Assembly: GCA_027492035.1 (NCBI GenBank)
Contig: JAOZFT010000041.1
Coordinates: 1 to 20,577, forward strand
Length of the DNA: 20,577 bases
Direction of reading: 5' to 3'
Source: Thermoproteota archaeon
GTDB lineage: Archaea > Korarchaeota > JAOZGF01 > JAOZFZ01
A program made the translations under genes and the position numbers. The notes under the pieces were generated by a model. The model was not told the origin of the DNA. It was given only the letters and a program-made list of their open reading frames with translations, and did not search any database. Positions 8,877 to 18,553 of this stretch are shown here, piece by piece. How positions within the stretch are numbered: the stretch's first letter is position 1; the number at the start of each line of letters is the position of its first letter.

Positions 8877-9524
8877 AACAGTCATTAATTGATTTAACTA
8901 ACTTATTTTAATCTTAATAACAGGTGTTCTGCCAATATTTCATCTTGTAATTTCATCATGGATTAAAGGAGCTATAACGAATCTCTAACTTATTTGCACC
9001 ATATAAATCAATTCTTTCACAACTTCAATATTTCGCTCGGATTTACTCGGTTTCCTCGGCCAACTCCTCCATTATTTATCTCTTAGTAAGGCATTCTAAT
9101 TGCACTAGTTGATTTCGTTAAGAAAAAGTAAAGGTTCACAAGTGTTTATATTGTAGCCAGTTGTTCAATGAAGGTTTCCACTTTAACTATCATGAATCCA
9201 AATGATTTAATACCTAGAAGCTTCATTATTGATAAAGTCAGAGAATTTCTCAGTTAAGGAAGGTTTCCACTGAAACCCTCTTTCACACAATGGAAACTCA
9301 CCTGTAAGTGGAAAACAGCCTTTAAAGATTAAATCCTTAACATGGCTTCGGTTACAGGTATGTATTTGCCTTGGGTGAGTTATGTTTCTTGGGTAAGCGG
9401 GCCTTAAGTTAAAAAGTTGGGGAAATGAAAAGATTCAAATAGCGGAATTTTCTTTATTTTATCCGTTAATTTTATAAATGTTGGAAAAATTTTTATTATA
9501 CAGATATGTACCTGAGAGGATGTA

Positions 9525-9767
9525 ATGATGGAAAAATCAAAGATTCAAAGAAGGTTCACTTTAACCATTCCAAAATCTATCAGGAAAGCTGCTAGTCTTA
9601 AAGAAGGAGACGTGGTGTACTGGAGTTTTGTAAATGGTAAAATAATTCTCACTAAACCTTCATTCAAGGCTTTCAGGTCCAGATTTAAAGTTAGCTTTAA
9701 AACATTATCTGATGCTGAAAAGGAAATTCTTGACAAAGCTTTCTTAGAAGAGGCATCTAGAAAGTGA
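9525..9767 (+). CDS. vapB: AbrB/MazE/SpoVT-family antitoxin
   Basis: SKIQRRFTLTIPKSIRKAASLKEGDVV swapped-hairpin motif; GTGA overlap with the downstream PIN gene. Confidence 0.9.
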   Translation: MMEKSKIQRRFTLTIPKSIRKAASLKEGDVVYWSFVNGKIILTKPSFKAFRSRFKVSFKTLSDAEKEILDKAFLEEASRK

Positions 9768-10204
9768 ATTATTTAATTGATTTAAATGTGCTTCTAGCGT
9801 ACTCCTTCGAACTCCACAACGAACATGAAAGTGCAGACAGATTCTTCACCTTAGCTGAAAATGAGGAATGGAGCATTCACTTGTCTTCTATAGCCATATT
9901 AGAAGCCGAAACCTTGTTTCTGTCAGGGAAAGTTAATGTTGAAAGGGAAGAATGGTTAAATTTTATTCATGACATATTAACCTCACCCGTTCTCAGGATT
10001 ATTGAGATTTCACCTAAAATATTTCTCTACCACACCTTTTATTACAGGGGGTATGGAGGAAAATACAGCTACTTTGACTCCTTCCATGTTGCAACAGCCA
10101 GAGAAACATCTCTGCCACTTGCCACGCTTGACAATAAAATATTAGCTGAAAAAACAATAAAAGCAGTCAATTTGAGAGATTTTAAAGGGGTAAAATCAAC
10201 CTAG
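9764..10204 (+). CDS. vapC: VapC PIN-domain ribonuclease toxin
   Basis: LIDLNVL, ILEAE, YFDSFHVATA and LATLD provide the four acidic PIN residues. Confidence 0.92.
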   Translation: MNYLIDLNVLLAYSFELHNEHESADRFFTLAENEEWSIHLSSIAILEAETLFLSGKVNVEREEWLNFIHDILTSPVLRIIEISPKIFLYHTFYYRGYGGKYSYFDSFHVATARETSLPLATLDNKILAEKTIKAVNLRDFKGVKST

Positions 10205-10357
10205 TCACCTAAATGGTGAAGATATAGAAGTGAAGTTAAACAATTAAGCTTAAAAAGACAAGGAACTTATTTATACCCCCTTTAAAAATCAGAGGTTTAA
10301 GTTTAAAGATTAAAATCAAACACTTTAAACATTTAATTTGGGAGAGGGTCTTGCAAC

Positions 10358-11350
10358 GTGGCTGGAATTTCAGATCCTTTAGAAGTTAAGGGGTACACAT
10401 TTAGGAATAGGATTGTTATGCCTCCCATGGCTTCTGAGCTTGCCACCTTTGAAGGAGAGGCTACAGATGAACTAGTTAACCACTACAAGAGTAGAAGCTA
10501 TTGTACAGGATTAATCGTGGTTGAGCACTCCTACGTCTCAGTTGAAGGGAAACTAAGTCCAAGACAACTTGGAATACACATGGATACCTTGATAAATAGT
10601 CTTTCAAAAGTTTCCTCTGTGATAAAGGGAAATGGATGCTTAGCTGTTATCCAGTTGAACCATGCAGGTGGAAAAGCGAACCCAAGTGTAACCGGAACCA
10701 AACCACTTGCCCCTTCACCTGTACCTGTCCCAGGGGGATATGTAACTCCTTCAGCACTGGTTGAAAAGGAAATAGAAACAGTAATAGATTCATTTGTTAA
10801 AGCTGCTTCAAGAGCATTTAAAGCAGGTTTCGACGGAGTTGAAATACATGGAGCCCACGGCTTCCTTCTAAACCAGTTTCTTTCACCGTTAACAAATAAA
10901 AGGAGAGACAGTTACGGTGGAACCTTGGAAAACAGGATGAAATTTCCTTTAAGAGTTGTTAGGGAAGTTAGGAAGTTAACAGGCAGCAAATTACTGCTAT
11001 ACAGGTTGGGAGCAGATGATTTAATGCCTAAAGGCTTCACTATTGATGAAGCTAAGAAATTATCAATTAAACTTGTGGAGGAGGGAGTTGACATAATCGA
11101 TGTTTCAGGTGGACTAGCTGGTTCCAGGCCTCCTGAACTCCAAGGGAAACAGGGTTACTTTGTTCCGTTAGCTGAGAAAATAAAAAAGGTTACTGAAGCC
11201 CCAGTTATCGGGGTGGGAGGCATAAAAGACCCTTACTATGCAGATAAAATTGTAAGAGAAGAAAGAGTAGACTTAGTTGCCGTAGGCAGGGCCATGCTTC
11301 AAAACCCTAACTGGGCCTGTAAGGCTTTAGATTTACTGAAGAAAAACTAA
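10358..11350 (+). CDS. NADH:flavin oxidoreductase (old yellow enzyme family)
   Basis: NRIVMPPM, IQLNHAG, AGFDGVEIHGAHGFLLNQFLSP, RRDSYGG..ENR, GVGGI and VAVGR motifs. Confidence 0.95.
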   Translation: MAGISDPLEVKGYTFRNRIVMPPMASELATFEGEATDELVNHYKSRSYCTGLIVVEHSYVSVEGKLSPRQLGIHMDTLINSLSKVSSVIKGNGCLAVIQLNHAGGKANPSVTGTKPLAPSPVPVPGGYVTPSALVEKEIETVIDSFVKAASRAFKAGFDGVEIHGAHGFLLNQFLSPLTNKRRDSYGGTLENRMKFPLRVVREVRKLTGSKLLLYRLGADDLMPKGFTIDEAKKLSIKLVEEGVDIIDVSGGLAGSRPPELQGKQGYFVPLAEKIKKVTEAPVIGVGGIKDPYYADKIVREERVDLVAVGRAMLQNPNWACKALDLLKKN

Positions 11351-11731
11351 TTAAACCATTCAAGTGAACAAGTTATTTAAGGGTCATCAGGATAAAGCCT
11401 AGGCAAGACCCTGGATTTACCTCCCTTTTTAAGTTTAAAACATTAACTGACTTATTTAAGTCTTGTGAAGGAGAAAGGGTTGTTTCAAAGAAGAAATAAA
11501 CCATTAAAAAAGTGCTTAAATACATAATTAAATTTACAGCTTTAGTTACGGATACTTCATTGTTCAAGTGTTTATAAGCGAGTTTTAGACTTTAAAGTTA
11601 AACATTGAAAAAAGGAAAACAAGCAAAAAACAAAAGTTAATTACGCAATTAAACTGTAACTCTTCCCTAAGATTTCTCCAAAAACCTTCAGCTGACCTAA
11701 AAACCATGAAGAAACCATTGTTGAACCTTAC

Positions 11732-12100
11732 TCAAGTGGAAAATTTTCTCTTTAATTTTTTAATTAACTCCTCCTTTTCCGGGAAACCTTCAAATATTTT
11801 TTCTCCGTTCAACAAAACACAAGGTGTTTTCTTAATTCTATACCTGAGAGTTTTAAATAAACCAAGTAAAGAGGAAGAATCTATTAATCTAAAAAAGAAA
11901 AAACCTGGAAACTCTTCATTAATCCACTTAACTATTTCAGATATTCTCAAATACTCATTCTTTAATTCTTCAGGTACATTGTTGAAGTTACCTGTCACAA
12001 GTTTAGCTTTAGAAGCTAAAACAGTAGGCATACAACTCCAACAAATACCGTAAACATTAGGGAAAGAACCAACAATTTCAATTAAATTCTTTTTAGCCGT
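11732..12100 (-). CDS. Thioredoxin-like CxxC protein; N-terminus extends upstream of the ORF-track start
   Basis: The frame upstream of ATG 12031 reads TAKKNLIEIVGSFPNVYGICWSC. The C-terminus has TPCVLLNGEKIFEGFP (cis-Pro motif). GAGGTG RBS lies 5 nt before an ACG at 12100. Confidence 0.7.
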   Translation of the reverse strand, partial: TAKKNLIEIVGSFPNVYGICWSCMPTVLASKAKLVTGNFNNVPEELKNEYLRISEIVKWINEEFPGFFFFRLIDSSSLLGLFKTLRYRIKKTPCVLLNGEKIFEGFPEKEELIKKLKRKFST

Positions 12101-12159
12101 AAAAACACCTCTACACCTAAAACCGGTGGAAGATAAGTTGTATCAAGAAGTATTTTCAT
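12082..12159 (-). pseudogene. Truncated VapC (PIN) N-terminus
   Basis: MKILLDTTYLPPVLGVEVFLRLKRI*; the first 18 residues are a typical PIN start and overlap the stop of the upstream antitoxin remnant. Confidence 0.75.
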
Positions 12160-12398
12160 TCCGTGTTTCGAAAAATTCATTTTGCATTTCCTCAGATTCC
12201 TTCTCAAATTCTTCAAAAGTTGTTTCAGCAAATTTCGGCCCCGTCAAAGCAAACTCAAAAGGGTCAGGTATAGGTTCTATTATTATTTTCCTTTTCTCAA
12301 CCACGTAATTCACTTCCGCTCCCCTCCCTGAAACCTAACTTCCTCAGTAACTTTTTAGGTAAGTAAAACTCTCCCTTTTACCTATTTACCCTTTACAT
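12143..12398 (-). pseudogene. Decayed AbrB-family antitoxin
   Basis: M*RVNR*KGEFYLPKKLLRKLGFREG, then a frameshift, then EVNYVVEKRKIIIEPIPDPFEFALTGPKFAETTFEEFEKESEEMQNEFFETRNENTS*. Confidence 0.8.
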
Positions 12399-12641
12399 TT
12401 CGCCACCGGTAAAACCTATTAAAAAATGGCGTATTTAAATTTACAGGTAAACCAATATTTTTCAGGTATAATAAGAAAAATTAAAATGTAACTTTCTCCC
12501 GCTTAAAATTTTTCAAACATAAACAATATTGCAAAATAACAGATGCTTTGCTTACGTTTGCACACAAAACAAATGTAGGGTCGCAAAAAACAAAAAGGTT
12601 CTAAATGGGGAAAAGTAAAACAGAAATTCACAGAAACTTTT

Positions 12642-14066
12642 TTATGTTTTTTTCAAACTTTTAAACCCTGTTTTCGCCTTCACTATTTTTATTATGTGTT
12701 CATCCTCTTCAATGAAACCATAAGTTAACACAACTGTTTCACCCTTTTCCAATTTCCCAAGCTGCATAAGTTTTTTATATGTGTTGTTAACTCCTTCCAT
12801 GTAGTTTTCAGCTTCAACCTTTAAAGGTTTAACGCCCCAAACAATTGAAAGCTTCCTTAAAACATTTACATCTGAAGATGCAGCGTAAAAAGGTATTGCA
12901 GGTCTAAACCTTGAAATTCTGAAGGCTGTTCTTCCTTTACGAGTGTAAACAGCCAATTTAGCATTCAAGGATTCAGACAAGAAAACAACTCCCTCTGCAA
13001 ACTTTGTTTTAACACTGAAACCTAAATGCTCCTCCCTCCTACGAAGCACCCTATCTTTACATGCTTCAATTATTTTCTTCAACCACTTAACAGTTTCAAT
13101 AGGGTACTTACCTACAGCTGTTTCACCGGTTAACATTACACCGTCAGCTCCCTCCCTCACTGTTTCAGCAATATCTGAAACTTCAGCCCTGGTGGGGGTT
13201 GGGTTACTTATCATTGAAGCAAGGATTTGGGTTGCAACAATCACAGGTTTCCCAGCCTTAAGACTCTTAAGTACTATGTTCTCCTGAAGCTTAGGCACTT
13301 CCTCAAGTGGAAACTGCATCCCCAAATCTCCCCTCGCAACTATAATGGCATCTGACAAAGGAATTATTTCCTCCATGTTTTCAACCCCCTTTACAGTTTC
13401 AATTTTAGCCATTACAGCCATGTCAGCCTTTTCTTTTTCAATAACTTCCCTAACCTTCTCTAAATCCTCCCCTTTCTTAACGTAACTTACAGCTATGTAA
13501 GTGAAACCGTTCCGAGCTGCAAACTTTATGTTTTCCACATCCTCACTTGTTAAGGAAGGAGTATCTATATCTAAACCACGAACCACCAAGGTTTTCCTTG
13601 AAGAAACAAAACCTTGAGTTAAAGCTGAAGCCCTTATTTCATCTTCACACTTCCCCTTAACCTTAAACACTAAACTTCCGTCATCCATTAAAATTTCGTT
13701 TCCAACCTTTACAGCCCTGTAAAACTCATCAACAGGAAGAGGAAACACCAACTTCGAATCCTCAACATACTTTGCATTTATAAACTTGACTTCATCGCCA
13801 CGTTTTATTTCAGCCTTCCCTCTTATGTCCCCCAACCTTATAGAAGCCCCCTTCAAATCTCCTATAATTGCCACATAAGTTCCAAGTTTCTCTTCAACAC
13901 ACAAAATATTTTTAAGATATTTAACCCATTCAGATTTATTTCCATGGCTGAAGTTAATCCTAAAACCTGAAACCCCATCCTTAACCATTTCCAACAATTT
14001 ATTTTCAGCAGAGGTTGAAGGACCAAGCGTTGAAACCATTTTAACAGGAACAGTCCCAAAAAACAT
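12642..14066 (-). CDS. pyk: Pyruvate kinase
   Basis: STLGPS, RINFSHG, AKIE, VARGDLG, ATQILASM..NPTPTRAEVSD and MLTGETAVGKYP motifs. Confidence 0.98.
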   Translation of the reverse strand: MFFGTVPVKMVSTLGPSTSAENKLLEMVKDGVSGFRINFSHGNKSEWVKYLKNILCVEEKLGTYVAIIGDLKGASIRLGDIRGKAEIKRGDEVKFINAKYVEDSKLVFPLPVDEFYRAVKVGNEILMDDGSLVFKVKGKCEDEIRASALTQGFVSSRKTLVVRGLDIDTPSLTSEDVENIKFAARNGFTYIAVSYVKKGEDLEKVREVIEKEKADMAVMAKIETVKGVENMEEIIPLSDAIIVARGDLGMQFPLEEVPKLQENIVLKSLKAGKPVIVATQILASMISNPTPTRAEVSDIAETVREGADGVMLTGETAVGKYPIETVKWLKKIIEACKDRVLRRREEHLGFSVKTKFAEGVVFLSESLNAKLAVYTRKGRTAFRISRFRPAIPFYAASSDVNVLRKLSIVWGVKPLKVEAENYMEGVNNTYKKLMQLGKLEKGETVVLTYGFIEEDEHIIKIVKAKTGFKSLKKT

Positions 14067-14716
14067 AACGCTTCCACCAGAAAAAACAAATTATTCCAAC
14101 TTAATTCATCCCAAATTTAAACATAAGTTTCCAAAAGTAAAAAAATTAATTAAACCATTAAAACACAAGAGATTAAAGAAAGGAAAAAAAGAAAAAGGCT
14201 GAAAAAGCTTTCACTAAATACCTCAAAAAAGATATACTGCTCCGTAATCACTGTAACTTCTAATAACTACCCAACAAATTATCTCCTTTAACACCAAAAA
14301 TAATTATCTTTCCTGTCTCCCCTGGATCAATGAACCAACCCTACAAACTCCGTTAAAAAACATGCGGACTAGCACCCATGAAGCTCATATCACAAGTTCA
14401 CTTTTTGGAACAATATAAAGAGTTCGCCCTTAAAATGCCACATAAAAAATGGACATACTACTAAAAAAGATTTGGATTCTCTAAATTTTTAACTTATGGA
14501 TTTGTAAGCCATTTAACCATTTAATAAAATTGGTTCCTGAAATTTTTTACTTAGTTTTTTATTCGTTAAAGATTTTAAATGAGTAGGTGAAATGATGTAC
14601 CCGGGGGTAACTTCGGCTTTATAAACATTCCAAAAAGGTTAAGTTTGTTACTTCAATTGTTTATCTGAGGTTGGTTGGGAGGTTAAGTGTTACCTTAGTT
14701 TTTGGTGGTGAAAAGT

Positions 14717-15388
14717 ATGGATTTATCCCTTGCTGTAAAGAATATTGGGAAAGTTAAGGAGGTTAGTTTAACTGAATTAGAGGAAATGGCTGTAAGGGTT
14801 TCTAACGAATTGAAGAGAATGATTAAGGAGGAGTTGCTAGGTAAAGTGGAGGATTTCTATGCTGGTGCTGCTTTTCATTTAAGTTTAGAAATTTTTAGGA
14901 GACGTGTTGAGAGGGAACTTAACGTTTTATTTCCTGCAGGTGAACCTGACGCTGTAATTGCTACTTTAGGTTTCACTCCTCAACCTCTTATTTTGCTTCT
15001 ATATGCCTTGCATCCCCGTTACTTCTTTGTTTTAGCTTCCCACGAAACAGCCCCTGTTTCTAGCCACGTTCTCAAGTTTACTGACGAACTTGGTTGGGAA
15101 AGTTTTCGTTACCAAGTTTTCACTGTTAAAAAGGATGACCCTGTCAGTATTGAAGAAGAAGCAGGGAAAGCTTTAAAACTTCTTCTTGAAGAAAAGGAAA
15201 CAGTTAATGGTGTTTGTGTAGATATTACAGGTGGAACAAAACTTATGAGTGCAAAAACAGCTGTTTATGTTTACAACAACTTAAGAAATGCTGGTGTCCC
15301 CGTTTATTTGACTTATGTAGCTTCCAACCAAATTTCTCGGACTATCTCTGAACCTGGAAGTGAAAAACTGGTTGTTATGCCCCTTTAA
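14717..15388 (+). CDS. Stand-alone CARF-domain protein with N-terminal helical extension
   Basis: CARF motif I ATLGFTPQPLIL, LASHET, motif II VDITGGTKLMSA, LTYV and EPGSEKL tail. ATG 14717 follows a GGTGGTGA RBS (the ORF track starts at 14702). Confidence 0.85.
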   Translation: MDLSLAVKNIGKVKEVSLTELEEMAVRVSNELKRMIKEELLGKVEDFYAGAAFHLSLEIFRRRVERELNVLFPAGEPDAVIATLGFTPQPLILLLYALHPRYFFVLASHETAPVSSHVLKFTDELGWESFRYQVFTVKKDDPVSIEEEAGKALKLLLEEKETVNGVCVDITGGTKLMSAKTAVYVYNNLRNAGVPVYLTYVASNQISRTISEPGSEKLVVMPL

Positions 15389-15998
15389 ATCCTTCAATCC
15401 TTTTAGAGAGAAAGAGTCATAGAAGAAACTTAAAGCCTTCCATAGAGAATCAGCAACTTCAGAAAATATTGTAGGTCCTAGAGCCTAAGCTACACCAAAA
15501 CCCTTTTAATATTTATTGGGTTAGAGAGGCCTAATTTTTCATGTATATGTTTAAATACAATATAAATATGAAATACCCAAACACATCAACATTAGGAAAG
15601 CAAAAGAAAAAGCTAACTCACTCAAAACCTTTATGAAAGCCCTAGAAGACCCCTAAGAAACACAGCTAAAAAATATCCACCTTCATGCTTCTGCAAAACA
15701 CACTTTAAATGTGGAAGCTCCCCCACCACATATACTTAAGTTTAATTATCAATCGAAAACTTAGCAGAACAGGAAAATGAAAAATTTATAAAGCGATATG
15801 CATGTCTATTTTTATCCTTTAATTATTCCTTTAAAGTGAGTGTGATGCCTTACCAATCCCAGTCTCACTAAACAAATTAATCTACCTGGCCAGTTTACTC
15901 CATAACTTATACCCATGCCTTTTCCCCTCTAAAACCTTTAAACTTTCCAGGTTAAACGCTTTTCCCAAAACTTTTTTTAAACATAGAGAGGTGGTGAC

Positions 15999-16611
15999 AT
16001 GGATAAAATAGTTGTGTTTGACATGGAAAGCGTCTTAATAAATGGTGAGTATCTTTCCATGCCTTGCTGAAGCAGTGAACCCTGAACTAAAAAGTAAAAT
16101 AGAAGTAACAACAGAACTTGCTTTACAGGGGAAAATAGACTGGGTTACTGGGTTAAAGAAAAGGATTAATCTGCTTAAAAACATTGTCGATAAGGACTTA
16201 GCATTAAAAGTTGCATCTAAATTAACCTATGTTAAAGGAGCCAAGAAAACCTTGAAAAAATTGAAGAAAAGAGGATACCACCTAGTTGTGATAACAGGGG
16301 GTTTCGATATCGTAGCGAAAAGACTTGAAAAGGAATTTAAGATAGAGGTGATATGTAACGAATTAGTTTTTGACGGAAACAAACTTGTCGATGTCAAAAT
16401 AAAAGTTGCAGATAAATCACTGGTTTTCAAGGAAAGATTTCACTCTGCACCCTACGCGGTAATCGGGGATGGAGCTAACGACTTAAACTTAATGAAAGAG
16501 GCAAAGTTAAAGATAGGTTACAACCCGAAACACATAGTTAAACAATACCTTGAAAAAAACAACGGAAAAATAATTTATAACCTGGAAGACTTGTTAAAGA
16601 TATTAAAATAA
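15999..16611 (+). pseudogene. serB: Phosphoserine phosphatase (HAD family) with one +1 frameshift
   Basis: GAGGTGGTGA RBS, then MDKIVVFDMESVLINGEYL. One extra T at 16054-16056 separates this from PCLAEAV...ITGGF...IGDGANDL. Span is 613 nt (3n+1). Confidence 0.85.
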
Positions 16612-16858
16612 ACCGTTAAACCCCTAAAATTCAGAGCCCCTACCTGAAAAACGGTATTGTTTAACTATGTTTATTTTAATTCTTTTTTACAGAGCAACTC
16701 TAAAATTTTTTGGTAGTTTCCCACTTGCACCCAGACTAAGCCCCTACCCTTTCTCCAGTACTACCATAATAGGTTTTACTATACAAATAGCTCTAACATA
16801 TGTGTGAAGACTTCCCAGGAAACCTCTAGAAACATTAACAGAAACCTGTAGAAAAAAG

Positions 16859-17258
16859 TTATAGCAGCGTTGCCATGAATACATCTATCATCGGGGTTTC
16901 TGGTGATGCTGGGTTAAGTATGAGTTTCCTTGTTTTTGGATCTACCACTAGGTCCAATACCTCTAAAACCACTTGTCCTATAAGGGGGCTGTGAACCCTT
17001 CTCTCCACCTATAACATCAAAGGTTCCTTCACGTCCAAGAATCTCTACTGCCGCAGCTCTATAAACCAGCTTCATCTCTACCTTGTTGTTCGCATATCTC
17101 ACTTTTACTTCGAGAGCCTTTCTTAGCTCCAACTTGTCCACTTTATCTTAGGGTAGCACTGCTGTTGTAGCTCCTGTATCAATAAGGGCATCTGTTTCTA
17201 TGGATTTGGTTGGCTTGAACACGTTTGTGATTTTGACTTTCCCAATCACCTCCCCCAT
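16859..17258 (-). pseudogene. Clan AA (retropepsin-like) aspartic protease pseudogene
   Basis: MGEVIGKVKITN...ALIDTGATTAVLP, in-frame TAA at 17148-17150, +1 frameshift in the run at 16984-16988, then PLIGQVVLEVLDLVVDPKTRKL...*. Confidence 0.88.
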
Positions 17259-17417
17259 CTTTGTTTCCTCCTTCTTAAAGCCACGTTATTTAAAATAAAG
17301 CCCCTTCTTAAATTCTTTTTCAATGTCACTAATGTTTTCGGTGATGCAAAGTCGTGCTAAAGCCGTGGCTCAGGTAAGTGTAAGTGATTGCATACGTCGA
17401 GTATTTTTGGGCAGTGA

Positions 17418-17693
17418 TTTATTTATTGCGAAACTTCAAGGGCAACGTTTACTGAATTAAGTCGTCATTATCCTACAAAATTTGTAGCAACATATGATTC
17501 AAGAGTTGGTGATGCGACAGTGGTAATTGCAAAGGCATTTGCCAGTCCATATCTGATAGAAAGAATTGAGAAAGAGGGGAGAGAAGGGTTAATAAAAAGA
17601 ATTATACATCTTGGTTCTGACTATTACAAAATAACAGAGAAAGGCCGAGAAATTATTATTCCTCTTCTCGAGAAGAAGAGAAGCGTTATATGA
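17418..17693 (+). pseudogene. Winged-helix protein remnant
   Basis: 91-codon open frame with no early start: ATFTELSRHYP...EGLIKRIIHLGSDYYKITEKGREII, ending in the Y.ITEKG wing motif. Confidence 0.45.
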
Positions 17694-17788
17694 ACTACAA
17701 CAAATGCAGCATAACTCTAATTAAAATGCGTTCAAGGAATAACTGTGTAATAATGTTTAAAGTTAACTAAATTCCTTCTTTAAATCCC

Positions 17789-18553
17789 TTAAAGTAGACT
17801 TGTTTCTATGAGTTTCTCTATTTCTCCTTTTACTTTCTTGAATGAAGGTAAATTTGTAACTAGAGGTTTTAGTTCTGTCCCCCACTTGATTTTTACATCT
17901 TCTAAGCACATTAAAAACCTTTTTTCATCGAATTTCAGGTTGTAATACCCCAGTTTTTTCTCCACTATGCTTTTCTTGGCTTTTACTCCTTTCCTTAACA
18001 GGAACCAAAGGTCGTACATGTCTCTTGCCCTTGATCTTCTAACCATTGCTCTAATTTTCTCTGCTAAAATTTCCTCTAGGTGCATCACAGGTAGAAAATA
18101 GGGTCTTAAATCAGGGTAAACAGGGATTACCTCTATAACTTTAGGCTCTAAAAGTAAGTCTTTCCTTAAACTGATTTCCATCCTTAAATTTGAAATGGTT
18201 TTTTCAGTTCCATCATATAAAGGCCCCTTAACCTTTAAAGTGATGTTTTTGGAGTGTCTTTTCTCTTCTACCTTGAACAGTTCACATGGGAAACCGAAGT
18301 TTGTTATGTCTCTGGAAACCTTTTCAATAGATTCCCTGATTTCATTGATGGTTAATGTGAAGTCAAGGCCTATACTGAATCTGTTCAACCCAAATATTTT
18401 TTGCAAAGCTGTTCCACCCTTAAAAACCAGTCCTCTCTTAATTCTTTGCGATAAAAACAAAAGTAGGATATGTTGCAGGTAATCCTTTTCTGTTTGCCAA
18501 ACATTGAAACCGGTAACTTTTGTCAGTTCCGTAAGTTCAACTTTACTCAGCAC
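17789..18553 (-). CDS. abiEii: Type IV TA toxin, AbiEii/AbiGii nucleotidyltransferase (catalytic Asp apparently lost)
   Basis: EKDY, FKGGTAL, RFSIGLDF, EEILAEKIRA and RARDMYDL motifs; start overlaps the antitoxin stop. Confidence 0.93.
   Translation of the reverse strand: MLSKVELTELTKVTGFNVWQTEKDYLQHILLLFLSQRIKRGLVFKGGTALQKIFGLNRFSIGLDFTLTINEIRESIEKVSRDITNFGFPCELFKVEEKRHSKNITLKVKGPLYDGTEKTISNLRMEISLRKDLLLEPKVIEVIPVYPDLRPYFLPVMHLEEILAEKIRAMVRRSRARDMYDLWFLLRKGVKAKKSIVEKKLGYYNLKFDEKRFLMCLEDVKIKWGTELKPLVTNLPSFKKVKGEIEKLIETSLL

Noticed and set aside
9171-9297. AAGGTTTCCACT occurs twice (9171 and 9260), and 9263-9297 is a 35-bp GTTTCCA...TGGAAAC element that resembles a CRISPR repeat
   Set aside because: Only one full unit; the two copies share just a 12-bp prefix and are 89 bp apart, so there is no repeat-spacer periodicity.
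11373-11567. 64-aa minus-strand ORF downstream of the flavin oxidoreductase
   Set aside because: TTG start, no clear RBS and no recognisable family.
14210-14345. Minus-strand fragment GWFIDPGETGKIIIFG...EVTVITEQ resembling an archaeal pilin or Ig-like tail
   Set aside because: Short, needs a frameshift and has no signal peptide in view; too weak to call.
17148-17150. Internal stop in the protease gene as possible recoding
   Set aside because: It is TAA and comes with a separate frameshift; TAA, TAG and TGA all end normal genes in this window.
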